Source: Camelus dromedarius (lineage: Eukaryota). Taken from it: DNA of 64,000 bases. The notes under the pieces were generated by a model. It had not been told where the DNA came from, did not search any database, and worked only from the letters and a program-made list of their open reading frames with translations. Positions within the stretch are counted from its first letter, which is position 1. Every line of letters begins with the position of its first letter. Shown in pieces: positions 1 through 16,626 of the stretch. Made by a program: the position numbers and the translations under genes. Location: the NCBI RefSeq assembly GCF_036321535.1, contig NC_087444.1, forward strand, positions 73,656,001-73,720,000, in the 5' to 3' direction.

Positions 1-3000
1 AGCAGGGCGTTCTCCTTCTCCAGGAAGGCCGCCCGCACCGATATCTGGTTCTCCTTGAGCCTCCGGGCGTCGCGGGACCGCTTGGCCGCCTCGTTATTCT
101 TGTACCTCCGGCTCCAATACTTCTCGTCCTAAGGGATGGGAAAGCACTGAGGTCCAGACGGGGCCCAGCCCCAGCGAGAGAAGCGAGGAACTGCTTTGCT
201 GGCGACTTTAAGGACAAGAGTCCATCTAAGAGAGCCCTGAGGCTGCTTCTCACCCAGCAGTGGGGCCCAAAGGATACCGGGTCTCCCCTGCGTGGGTACC
301 CAAGGGTCTGCCCTTGAAGGGCCCTGGTTGCTAAGGACAGCAGGCCCCTAGCAATAGGCATGAGATAGCCTCCCACCCCAAGCAAGTCAGCTTCAAGTCT
401 CCGCTGTGCAAAGCAGACGAGCTCTCCTCATTTGACAAAGGGCCTGCAGTTAGCCCCTGGTTTGCTAAGGATGCTTGTTCCCTAGCAACAAGGCCTTCAG
501 GGTCTGAGGGTTTCTCCCAGTGAAAAGCACTGCCCTATGCATCACCTTTCCAGATCCTGTTTGCTAAGGAAAGCCTAGGCTCCCAAGTGATGGAGTTTGG
601 TGTCCCATAAAAATCCTCTCAGAGCTGGGCCCTTTGACCTGGTTGCCAAGGCAACCTCATCCCTCCTCAGCAAACAAAAGTGAGGTCTAAGTGGTCCCAA
701 TGACCACAGCCAGTCTCTGACCCACTGGCTTTGAATAGAGGCCAGGGAGCTGCCTCTTCCCTAACAGTCCCTGGTTGCAAAGGGGTCTACCTGAGACCTC
801 CCCGCACCAGCCTTGGAATTGGTTGCAGAGGAGGACCACTCCTTAGTGACAAAGGCCACCCAAAGCTCCAAAAGATGCCCCTCCATCCGCATTTCATTAA
901 AGCCTAGTCCCTGCTTGCTAGGGTCAAACCAGTCCCGAGCAACAGGGTCCTGTGGCAGGAGAAACCGCCTGTCTAGATTTGGGGTATAGGGCAGTACTCA
1001 CTGCTTCAAGTAGTTGTGTCTTACACAAGGGCATGGTAAAGTCTTGTGTGAGAAGCCCAGGCACCTCTTGTTAGGGAAGACCTCAGAACTGGCAAAGATA
1101 GAATTCTAGAGAGATGCAGTCACTGTCCAAAGCACCCCAAATCAGAATGTGGCCCTGGAGGCTAATGGACACCTGAGGCCTCTCACCAGTAAGTAGTCCA
1201 GGCCCAGGAAACAAGGCCCAGAGGGGCTGGCAAACTCTTCATCCTAGTCAGATGTAATCACGCTGAAGGATGTCCTAAATCAGAGATTAAAAGGCCAACC
1301 CCAGCCTGGTTGGCTGCTCAGAAGAAACAGGCTGATACTCCATTCCTAAGGGATGCTGTCCTTAGCATCTGGGCCTGGTAGAGCCTGAAGCCTGCTCCAG
1401 TGAGGGTTTTGGCTCCTTCTGAAAGAACCTCTAAGCCTATACAACTGGCCCAGCAGGGCTGGCTGAGTCTGAGTCCCACAGTGATACCATTTTCACAGTC
1501 TCAAACCCAAACCTCTGCCCCCTGTGCAGCCCATGGCCAAGATCCTTTGCTGTAGGTTAGGAGAACGTGAGAGCTAATCCGAGCTAAGCCCAGGCCTGAC
1601 TCTGAGAAAAGGGCCATCCCTGCCTGTGGGGCTATGCCCTCCAAGCCCGTGTCCCACACCCAGTGATGCTCACCTTCTGCTCCTCTGGCACCTGGATCTT
1701 CCGTGCCTTCTTCATGATTGGCTGGGGCTTAAGCTCCTCCTCTGAAAAGCGATGTCTCCGAGGGTCAAAGGTCTCATGGCCGGGAATGCTGGACAAGGCT
1801 AAATCCGCTGGGTCAGGTTCAAAGGTCATCAGCACCTCCACGGTGTCTGGGTCCACAGGGCTGGGTGTGTCCCGAGAGGTCAGGCCTTGGGGAAACAGAG
1901 TGTGCCACCTGAGTGTGTGTTTATTGGGGGCGGGGGTTCCCAGAGGCTACCCCCTGCTTAGGTATCATATCCACTACAAGGAAGGCCCTTACAGGATCCA
2001 ACATAAAGCCCACCAGGGATCAACCTCCCTAATATAAAATATGAAGGTTCTGTAAGCCACAAAGGTACTTAGAAATCATGGAACCAACTCCACTTTTACA
2101 CAGGGAAACTGAGGCCCAATCACGCGTGGGTAACACAGGAACCTGGGCTATTGCTTCTAAAACCTCATGACTTCAGAGTCACAGTGTTACATTCTTTTTT
2201 ATAGTCTACCCTTCTTAACTGAATCGTCAACCAAAGCTAAGACCCCAGGCTGCTCAGGGAAAAGTAATTTAATGCAACGAAAAGACCTCAAGTCAGCTTC
2301 CTAAAAGGTACTAGCTGGGAAGAGTTAATGACGTGAATAAATGGCTCTGAGGTTCCAGGAAGTTGGTTCCCGAGGAAGGGCGGCCTGTACCTTTAAGAGC
2401 GAGCAAGCCGGGGCCAACTGAGGACACAGGTTCAGGGCCGAGTCACGTGCTGGCGCCTGCTTTCCCGCCCCGCCCCCTGCCGCCACAGGCGCCCTCACGT
2501 TCCCCAGCCCCGCCCCCCTCCCGCGTGACCGCGCGTGCGCGAAGCGCGAAGCATGGAGGAGGGAGGAGAGGGCTCACGTGGCGAGGGAATGTGCTGCTGG
2601 GAAAGGGAGGGCCCTGGTTCGGCCCGGAGGTCGGACCAGGAGCAGGTGGGTCCAGGAATCCCCCACCTACAGTCCGCACTTGGGGACCCCAAGGTGCCCG
2701 AGGGAGCACACCTTTCCTCTTGCTCTCTGGGGGTGGTCTGTCAGCTCGAACCTCTCAACCTCCGAGGATCCAGACCCCTCTGCTCTCGGGAGAACACTCG
2801 AAAAGCAGCCCCCGGATCTTCTCCTCAGGCCCCCAACGCCCTCGCCACTAGCATATATACGATTTTGGGGTCCCAGGCCCCTGGGTCCTTGCCCCAATAG
2901 AAGACCTAGAATGAAAATCCTTTCTGAAGGACTCCAGTACCCAGGTCCCCAGCCCCTCTCTACTGTGGAACGCAGGAACCAGGGCTGCCAGTCCCTTATG

Positions 3001-4843
3001 TCCTGGGGAAACAGAAGTCTGTGCCTGGCCCTCGCCTTCTCCCAGTAGAGAGCCAAGAAGTTCTGGTCCTACCCAAGTCCCACTGATTCTGGGCCCAGAT
3101 TCTGGGGCATAGTCCACTCCCCAGTTAATAACTCCGGTGTTCTGGAACCCCAGTCCCGGCTCTTCGAATATCCAGACCCTTTGTCCTCAACGTCCCACAT
3201 AAAAGTCCACACACTACTTCACCTAGTCTCTGATCCGTTAGGGGACACAGAATCCGGACTCCTCTCCCAACATCTCCCGATTAGGAGATCCAGAATTGGG
3301 GTGTGCAGCCCCAGTACCACTATCCTGGCCCCGTGTCGCACAGACCCGCCCTCTGGAGTCCAAGCCCCGCCCAACAAGGGCCCTGCCCCGCCCCCGCCGT
3401 CGCACCTGCTCGGTGGCCGCCGGCGGCCCCGAGGGCAGCCCTGGCGGGGGCGTGCCCCGGCGAGGAGCGAGGGGAAGCCGAGCCGCAGGAGCCGGGCCCC
3501 GGGGAGGGTGCGGGCGTGCGCACGGGTGAGGGAGCTGGCGACGGGCCGCTGGGGGGCGGCGGGCTGGGAGGGAGCCCGTGCTCCAGCAGGAAGGCGTCCA
3601 GGTCCACGTACTCCACGTCGCCGAACGGCAGCGTCCGCTCCCACAGTAGCGGCGCCAGCAGACCCGGGCCAGGCGCGGTCCCCGGGCGTCCCCGTGGGGA
3701 CCCGCCGCCCACCACCGCCCCAGCTGAGGCATCCGCCGGGCCCGCCGTCTCCAGGCCCGGCCCCGGGACCGCGGCTGCCGGCGGAGCCGCCTTGCGCTCC
3801 TTTTCCTTCAGGAGACCTGCAGGCCAGGGAAATACCGGAGAGAGTGGGGAAGAAGAGGAAGACAGAGATGAAGAAACGATTCCGAGTGGAGAGAGACACG
3901 AGGAACAAGAGGATAGAGACCCACACCGCAGAGATCCAGAGAAATAGGGGACAGAAGGGAGGTGAGGGAGAGATCGGAGAGAGAGGGCAAGGATCCAGAG
4001 AGAGGAGGGGACACAGGCTCAGAGAGGGAGAGAGACCCAGAGAGAAAAGACGGAGATGGGGTTGGCAGGCCGAGAGAGGCACAGAGGGATAGAGACTCAG
4101 AAAGAGGGGAGGGCCGGGATGCCAAGAGGAAGATGGGGACAGAGACCCAGGAAGGCATAGAGACACACAAGGGGGACAGAAGTTCATACAGATGTAGGTG
4201 GAAGGTTGGGCAGGTGAGAGAAAGAATGACAGCTCTGTAATTCCCCTGTAATCTATCCCCTTCCTTGCGCACTGTACCCCTTTCTCCCCGCCCCCACAAT
4301 CTGTAAGGGGCAGGAAGGGGCTCTATTCCTGGGGCACATTCCTCATCCCTAGACTCCATGTGACCCCAGGAGGCCCCGCCCAAGCCCGTGTAACTACCGT
4401 GTGAGCATCCGACACACCCCCTCCCTTCTCCCTGGACCCCAGAGGTCCAGATTCTCGGAACCAAAAGGAAGAGGGGTCTAGGGCTTAAAGTCTTGGGTCC
4501 TCGGGGTGGACGGGCATGAGAGAGCCAGGACTTTGGGGTACTGAGGGATCTAGGGGCCCCAACAACTAAGTATTTGAGTAGATAAAGGTTGGGAGGATGG
4601 ACTCTTGGCACATAAGAGGTAACTGTGGGACACCCCTCCCCCAGCAGTTGAGTCCCTAAGAGAGTAGAGTTTCTGAGCTGGGCGAGGTTGGGGCTAGAAC
4701 TCACAGCTGGCTGGCTCTTTGGGCTTGCTGGTCCCCTGCAGAAGGCTCCGCAGCCCAAGTAGCGCTCCCCCGCCAGGGGGGGCCCCGGCCGGGCCGCCCA
4801 GCAGCAGTGGGGCCGGGGTCCTGTCGCTCACGGGCCGCGCCAT
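1..4843 (-). CDS. DBP: D-site binding PAR bZIP transcription factor. Coding exons 4843-4705, 3816-3406, 1885-1674, 128-<1; exon 4 runs off the window start
   Basis: Spliced translation [17 protein letters not shown]...[25 protein letters not shown]...[24 protein letters not shown]...[29 protein letters not shown] (PAR plus basic region). All junctions are GT-AG with matching phases (139, 411, 212 nt exons). Confidence 0.98.
2444..2580. promoter_or_regulatory. DBP intron 2 E-box cluster (CLOCK:BMAL1-type enhancer)
   Basis: CACGTG at 2444-2449 and 2575-2580, CACGTT at 2496-2501, CACGCG (minus strand) at 2522-2527 and 2532-2537, in a CpG-rich patch. Intronic E-boxes are the established circadian control elements of Dbp. 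Confidence 0.85.
4335..4362. promoter_or_regulatory. Non-canonical E-box pair in DBP intron 1
   Basis: CACATT at 4335-4340 and CATGTG at 4357-4362. The position resembles the intron-1 E-box pair I recall for rodent Dbp. Confidence 0.45.
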
Positions 4844-5229
4844 TGCCGGGCACCTGCCGGCAGGCTCACGGGCTCATGGAGAGGCGAAGAGCTGGCCTTC
4901 CAGTCAGCGGCACACTCCTGTGGTTCAGGCGAGTGTCTGCCCAGGGGCGGGCGAGCGTAGCTTGCAAGCCTCCAGTATCCAGAACACTGCAAATCCTAGG
5001 AGCGACGTGTTATTGCTGTCCTCGGTGCAGAAACGTGCAACTCAAGAGGGTCCCAGGAGACCATACAGTCTGGGTGAGGGGTGATCAAATCAGGCGGCCG
5101 GCTCTTTGCAACCGAGGGTTCAAAAGGACACAAGGCGCTCCTTCTACAAGGTGGGCGAGCCTGGCTCTTGCAAAATCTGCAGCTCTCTCCACGGAAGGAG
5201 CTTTGCAATCTGTACCGAGAGGTGTGCGC

Positions 5230-5620
5230 GGAGGGGCGGGGGAGAGGGCAGGAGGAGGTGGCCGCCTTGAGGCGTGGCCAAAGCAAACTTCTTTCGCGGA
5301 AAAAAAAAAAAAGAAGCCAAACCAAAACACCCGACGCCACAGCGCTCACCCCTCCTCTCGGCCCCCGCCCGACTCTAGGGCCCTGCACTCCAGCCGCGTG
5401 CCTCCCTCTGGCTCAAAGCGCAAGCCAATCACGTCTCGACCCCTCGAGATGTACAGCCAATGGGACCCCTGGATCCGCCAAGGCCGAGGAGTGAGAGAGG
5501 GGCTCAGTGCGTGAAGTTACCGTGCCTTTTGGAGGGAGGCGGGACCCTGACCTACATTTACCCAATGGGAGACAGCGCTGGGGGCGGGACTGTGACCCAG
5601 TTCGGACCAATGAGGCAGGC
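5230..5620 (-). promoter_or_regulatory. DBP proximal promoter
   Basis: CCAAT at 5425, 5457, 5562 and 5607; GC box GGGGCGGG at 5581-5588; RORE AATGTAGGTCA (minus) at 5548-5558; A13 tract at 5301-5313; CpG-rich; upstream of the DBP ATG. Confidence 0.75.
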
Positions 5621-5882
5621 GGGAGGGGGAAGCACATGGCTTTGCGCGTGCTGCCTGACTTGGGGGGGGGTAAGAGGCTGGGGGATGGAGGGGTAGAACG
5701 CCGCTTAAAGGAGCCACATACCGAAATGACTGTTCTGGGAAACAGGAAGCAAAAAAACCGAGTTGTGGGGTTTAGGAAGAGGGATATTGGTTTCTAGAAG
5801 AAGGCTGCTATTCTTTAACACCCAGATGTTTCCCCACGGCGCCTAGAATCAGACCACTGAGATACAGGAAGTATTCTGTCCC

Positions 5883-5888
5883 TTTAAT
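5883..5888 (-). terminator. CA11 polyadenylation signal (ATTAAA)
   Basis: TTTAAT on the plus strand, about 80 nt past the CA11 stop codon. Confidence 0.6.
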
Positions 5889-5965
5889 AGCTTTGTTTTG
5901 GGGGTGACTCCCCTCCCCTTGTGAGGAGGCTTGGGAAAGGCAGGCGCAATCCTCGATGACGAGTC

Positions 5966-10738
<4,773 letters not shown>

Positions 10739-13700
10739 CCCCAGGAGACCTCTGGGCGACCCCTTCCCAATGCTCTGGACCCCCTCTCTCAGCTCTGTCC
10801 CCTCTTTCTGGAACCCTGTCCTTCTAGGACCCCCAGCCTTCCTCTCCTCCCCACAGGGAGTCCCAGTTCCCCAGCTACTAAAGCAGCCGGGATGGAGAAA
10901 CCCCCACCCCACCTGCACCCCCGCCCCTTTTCCTCCTCTCTGAGCCTCTCCTGCCTCTTTCCCGAACCCTCCGGCCTCCCTCTCCCTCCCGACCTTCCTT
11001 CTCCTCTCTCTGCCTTCTGCTTCTCCCTCCAGCTACCTCTTGGTTTCTAATCCACACCCTCTTCTTGGCTCTCTTTTCCTCAAGCTCCCCCAGCCCTCTA
11101 ACTCCGTACCCCACCCTGCTGCTCTCACCTGCTCCTCCTCCTCCCTCTCCCTCTTCTCTGCTCCTGCCTCTTCTTTCTCCCTTCTCTCCCCCTTGTCCTC
11201 CCCACTCTCTCCCTCTCGGTCTCCAGCTCCTCTGTCTCCCCACCTCCTCCTCTCCAGCCTCTTCTCTCTGTTTCTCTGTGTCTCTCTTCTCTCTCCTCCC
11301 TTCCTCCCTCCTCCCTCTCCCTCTCTTCTCTCTCTGGGTGTTATTCAATTTTTCTGTCGTTGTTTGGGGTGTGGGGGGGTCCTCACAGCAGTGAACACTC
11401 CTCCTCGGGTTGGCGTGTGTGGGGGTTGGTGTCTAAGGGGCAGGATGGAGGGGTCGTTGAAGGGCTAGTCCCCACTCCCATCCGCGCTGGGGCCATGGGG
11501 GCGGGGGTGGCCCCGGACACCTGGGGCCCAAGAGCTGGCAGTTTCCATCCTCCGCAGAAGGCGGAAGGGGGGGGGGGCGCTTAAGGTGGAGCTGGGAGAG
11601 TCCTCGTTGTCTCCGTGCTCAGGGCCGTTGGCCCCGGGGGATCGGGGGTCTCCGGGCTCGCGGGGGCCCGGGTCAGAGGCTGCGCCAGCGCCTGCAGCCC
11701 CCGCCCAAAGCATCACTCGGGCCTCGGCCAGGGGCTCCCTTAACCCGGCTGAGGGATCCCCTGGGAGACTGGAGTGCGGTGTGGGCCGCTGACCAGGAGG
11801 GGGAGGCAGAGACCTGGAAAGAGAGAGGGAGGTGGGAGGAGGAGCTGGGAAGGCAGAGGCAAGAGAGCAGAGGTGAGATCAGAGAACTGCGGAGGCTTGG
11901 AGAGGGTAAAGGAGCTGAGCTAGGTGTGGAGAGAGGACGGAGGGAGAGCCAGGGAAGAGATGAGGGGGCGGTGGGGGTGGGGGCAGGAGGAAGAGAGACT
12001 GAGAGACTCACATACCTTGAATGAAAGAGATGCAGAAACGGATGTACACAGAGAAGAGACAGATAGAGACCCCCAGAATGAGAGGGTAAAATACAGAACG
12101 AGACAGATACAGAGGGAGGCAGAGAAAGAGAGACAGAGACACGCAGAGAAAGAGAGACAGAGTCACACAGAGAGACAGAGACACAAACAGAGATAGAAGC
12201 AGAGAGACCCAGAGACAGAGAGACCCTCAGAGCACTTAAGAGATGGAAGAGCAAGATGCCAGGCAGGAGGTATGAGGGGAGAGACAGAAACAGAAAATAA
12301 GATCTAAAGACAGAGATGCATAGAAACACACCCCTAGAGCAAGGGGCACAGAGAGGAGGAGACAGAGAAGGAGGCAGACGCACATGCACATCTACACATA
12401 GAGAGACTCATGCGGAGGAAGAGGTACCAGCAGACACCAACAGACAGACAGAAACAGAGACCCAGATACAGAAACACTGACATAAGGGGAGATACTAAAG
12501 AGAAATCAGGGAGACAGAGGCATTCAGAGATAGAGAATGAAATGGACACTCAAGGACACAAGATGTAGGGAGACAGACACCCAGAGAGAGGCAGAAATAG
12601 AGAGACACAGAGAACACACAAGAAAGAAAAGTTTGTATTCATTTTCCATTGTCACATAACAAATTTCTCTAAAACTAAGTCGCTTAAAGCAACACTGATT
12701 GTCTCAGTTCCTGAGGGGTAGCAATTAAGGAGCAGTTTGGTTGGGTGACTCTGGCTCAGACATCAACAGAGAAGTCAGGGTCTCTCATGAGGGTGCAGTA
12801 AGCCATTGGCCAGGGCTGCAGTCATCCGAAGGCTTGACTGGGGCTGGAAGATTACTTCCAAGCTCCCCTACATGGTGCTTGGCAAGAGGCCTCAGCTCCT
12901 CACCACATGGCCACTGGCTTCTCCCTCAGATTGAGTGACTTGGGAGAGAGAGAGAGAGAAGGTGTCTTATACGACCTAATCCCGAAAGTCACACAAAATC
13001 ACTTCTGCTTGATTCTGTTCATCGGAGATGAGTCACTAGGTCTGCCCACACTGAAAGGGGAAGTGATTAGGCCTCTCCTCTTGAGCAGAAGTATCTCAAA
13101 GACTGTGGACTTATTTTAGATACCATCACAGGTGGGGGGAGGAATAGAGAGCAATGGAGAGAGACAGACTCTTTAAAGTCCCAGGATGCTCTGATGTCAG
13201 TGACACACTTCTTCAAAAATGCAGGTATGTGTCGAGAGACACAAAGACAGTGGGAGCTGTAGAGACCAGGAAGAGACAAGCCAGAGGAAACAAATGCATA
13301 CACAGGTTAATTCATTTAATCCTCATAATATGCCATGTGGGTTATTTCCTATTATCATCATCATCATCCCCATTTTACGCATAAGAAAACTGAGGGACAG
13401 GGAGGGGTGTGAACCAGTGATCTGGCTCCAGAGTCCATGCACTTCATGAAAATGGTCTCCTGAGCAGTGCTGTCCAATAGAAGTTTCTGCGATGGTGGAA
13501 ATGTTCCTTATCTGCTCTGTGCGATATGCTAGCCACCAGCTACCAGTGTGGCAGTGGTTACTGGCTGGATAGCTCAGCTCTGGAGAACTAATGAATGCTG
13601 GCTACTTGCTGTGTGACAGTTGCTAAGTCTCGACACTTCTCTTATTCAGTTTCTTTATCAGAGAGGTGGTCAAGGATTCTAGCCAAACCCAAACACATGT

Positions 13701-14440
13701 GGGTTTGAATCCCTGCCTCCATCTCAAGGTGATGTCCCCCAGGAAGCCTCAATTTCTTCATCTGTATAATGAGTACAATAAGAAGACCTACCTATTTATT
13801 CAACAAATATTTATTGACTACTTACTATGTCCTGAAGGCTCAGGTTACAGCATCAAACAAAACAGCCACAACACCAAGTTCAGGGCAGCAGGAGGTGGGA
13901 TGAAGTGTCAGACCAGACATCATCTACTTTTAAAGTCATCCTCTCTTTTCCTGGAAATTCCAAAAGACTGCTCAACCTAGCATCTCATGATGTCACAGTA
14001 TACTTTGGGTTCTGATTGGCTGAGGGCATGGCAGTATTGATTAATGTCCTTAATATCATTTCTATTCTATTTCTTTGATATCAAAACATCCTATTTTGCT
14101 AGGTCTAAGACAACTCAGCATTTAAGGCTATATTTCTGCTCTCTCTTGCAGCTAAGTGTGGTCATGTGACTAAATTCCTGCCAGTAAGATGATAACAGAG
14201 GTGTTGTATAGCAGCTTTTAGAAAACACCTTATACATGAGCTGTGTGGGGTATTTTGGTCTTTGTATCTGCAGAGGTTTGAATGAGGTTGATTTGCAGGA
14301 GGTGAGGTCAGCTATGTGGTGGGAGTAGATCATATAGGGCTTTGTATGGCAGGGCTAGGATTTGAATTTTATTCTGAGTAAGATGGGAAGCCACTCAAGT
14401 GTTGTATACCATAGTAGTAGCATGATCTGAGTTAGGTTTT

Positions 14441-14566
14441 CTTTGAGGGGGAGGAGGTAATTAGATTTATTTATTTATTTTTAGAAGAGGTACTGCAGAT
14501 TGAACCCAGGACCTTGCACGTGCTAAGCGTGAATTCTACCACTTGAGCAATATCCTACCCCGTCAC
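14441..14566 (-). mobile_element. tRNA-Ala-derived camelid-type SINE
   Basis: Reverse complement gives ...GCTCAAGTGGTAGAATTCACGCTTAGCACGTGCAAGGTCCTGGGTTCAATC... plus an A-rich tail. Target-site duplication TTAGGTTTT at 14432-14440 and 14567-14575. Confidence 0.85.
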
Positions 14567-14734
14567 TTAGGTTTTGTAGTCATTATCCTAGGTCTTGTTG
14601 AAGAAGACTCTAAGAAGGTAGTGAACAGGCCAGTGTAGAGACACTGTAAACTGGGTGAAGAGTGGTGGTGGCTTGAACCAACATAGCAGCAGTGGAAATG
14701 GTCAACATAGTTGAATTTTGAACATGATAATATG

Positions 14735-15183
14735 TGTAACTAAAGAAACTGCAGGTAGAGTTGGAGGTGGGACAGGCCTGTAGTGGGAGTTCTCAGGCCC
14801 CGCCAGGCATCTTCAGTTAACAGGAGGGAGGCAAACCTACATCTCTAATAGGAAGGTGCGTTTAAGTTACTATCTAGCAGAAGAAGAAAACTTCTCTCCG
14901 CCTCTTGGCCCTGTTAGCTCAGCCAATCAGAGACTTTAGCAGCCCAACCAATGAGAAGCCTCCATACTTTGGACTCCCAGTTTCCTCCAATGGCCTCTTT
15001 GGTTATTACAGGCCCCTTCAACTCTCCTCTTTTCCCTCCAAAGGCAAGTTCCCCTGCCTTGTTCTCTGTATTTGTGTGTGGTCACCTATCTTTGAGTATC
15101 CTCAATTGCAATTCTTCTGCTATTCCCTAATAAACTCACCTTTGCTGGTAAAATAACTAGCCGTTATATTATTAAAGTTGGCA
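14735..15183 (+). mobile_element. Solo ERV LTR (family not assigned)
   Basis: TG...CA ends, internal CCAAT motifs and an AATAAA near the 3' end. Boundaries approximate. Confidence 0.5.
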
Positions 15184-15244
15184 AGGAGATATGAGGGTGA
15201 AGTATAGGGGTTAATGTTTGATTGAATTGTTTTCAAGATATCAT

Positions 15245-15640
15245 GGAATAAGCCAGAAAGAGAAAGAAAAATGCCATATGATATCGCTTATATGTGGACT
15301 CTAAAAAAAAAAAAAAAAAAAAACAAATAAACCACTTATTAGTTATAACTTAGATGAATGATTTCTTGAATATGTATAAGCACATTTGACTGTTATGATT
15401 GGATTATTGCATTCTGTTGATTCTTATTTTGTGTTTGGCTTTATTCCTTTGATAACTATGTAAGTTTAAAAAACTAAAGGTCTAAACTGTTCTTAGCAAC
15501 AATGAACAATAAATATATGTATATTTTAAAATGTGCAGTATATTGTGTATATGTATTTGCATGCTATATACTGTATATGTGCAGTCAAATTATGTCAATT
15601 TTACCTAATAAAACTGGAAAAAAAAAAGACCAAAAAAAGA
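15245..15640 (+). mobile_element. 5'-truncated L1 3' end with A-rich tail
   Basis: L1 3'UTR-like ...GAAAAATGCCATATGATATCGCTTATATGTGG..., internal A run, terminal AATAAAACTGG followed by an A-rich tail. Confidence 0.65.
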
Positions 15641-16620
15641 AAGGACAGATAAAGCCAGATAATTAAACAGAATTCTTCTTAGAAAATCCCTTAAAGACTC
15701 CTAACTCCTGCTTCAGAGATGCCCCCACCCAGGGCACTCAGTTGGAAGCCAAAGGCAAGCTTCCTCATACATAGGATAGTGTTGGTAGGTTGGGGGATCA
15801 AATAGTCACTTCCTCTCCTCAGGAGCACACCCAGAACATTGGCAGGAGGATCTATTCTCTGCCTAGTAACCTGTGACATCATGGCCCATCCTAACTCCCC
15901 ATTGGCTAAGAGGCCTGCTTTTTTTCTTGGGGGAAGAATACGTTGCTCTCTAGGCCCCAGTAAACCTTAAATCATATCCTTGCATCTGAGATTCCATCAA
16001 ACTGCTTGTTCAGGGACTCTCCTACAAATTTGAAATTTTGTGGTTAATTGTGGGGGCAGAGGTCAAGGTGGCAAGGAAGATCATAGGCCATGGTGGCCTT
16101 CCATTCCATCGTACTTATTGCTTCCTGCCTTTTAAACCCCACCCCTCTGGCCTGTTGGGTGGAATAGATTTCTGTTTAGCACAAAGTCACGTTATAACAC
16201 TGTGGCTCCCAATTAGCTATTCACTCAGGAAAGTGTTTAGTCTGTGCTTCAAGACCCATCACAATCTTCCAGATTTCACTCAGAGTTCCATTATTCTTTT
16301 CTCAGAGACCATGCTGGGGCCAAATGAGAACCCAAGTTTCCTCAGTCTGGAACTTTCTGGAAATCTGACACTGCCGAACTTTCCTCACGTGTATTTCCCG
16401 CCTTTTCTGGTCACCCTCCCCTCTCACTGGCTTTGGCCAATCATCAGGCAGTACAAATCTGACTAGCACCCAGTGAAGTCATACCAGCTCTTTCATTGGA
16501 TTGGCTGTTTGGTCAGAGCTCTAGCCATGTCTAGGCTCCTCAGATTTCCTCAAAGCCTTCTTCATTTTCCCCCCAGAGACCGTCTCAGCACAGATCAGGA
16601 GATTCCCCAAGAGTTGAGAC

Positions 16621-16626
16621 TTTATT
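16621..16626 (-). terminator. NTN5 polyadenylation signal (AATAAA)
   Basis: TTTATT on the plus strand, about 240 nt past the NTN5 stop codon. Confidence 0.7.

Noticed and set aside
3181-4187. Long ORFs 3181-4092 (+) and 3219-4187 (-)
   Set aside because: Shadow frames of the GC-rich DBP exon 2 and adjacent GA-rich intron; low-complexity translation.
10878-12389. R/E/G-rich and S/L/P-rich ORFs
   Set aside because: Translations of polypurine/polypyrimidine tracts that lack stops by composition.
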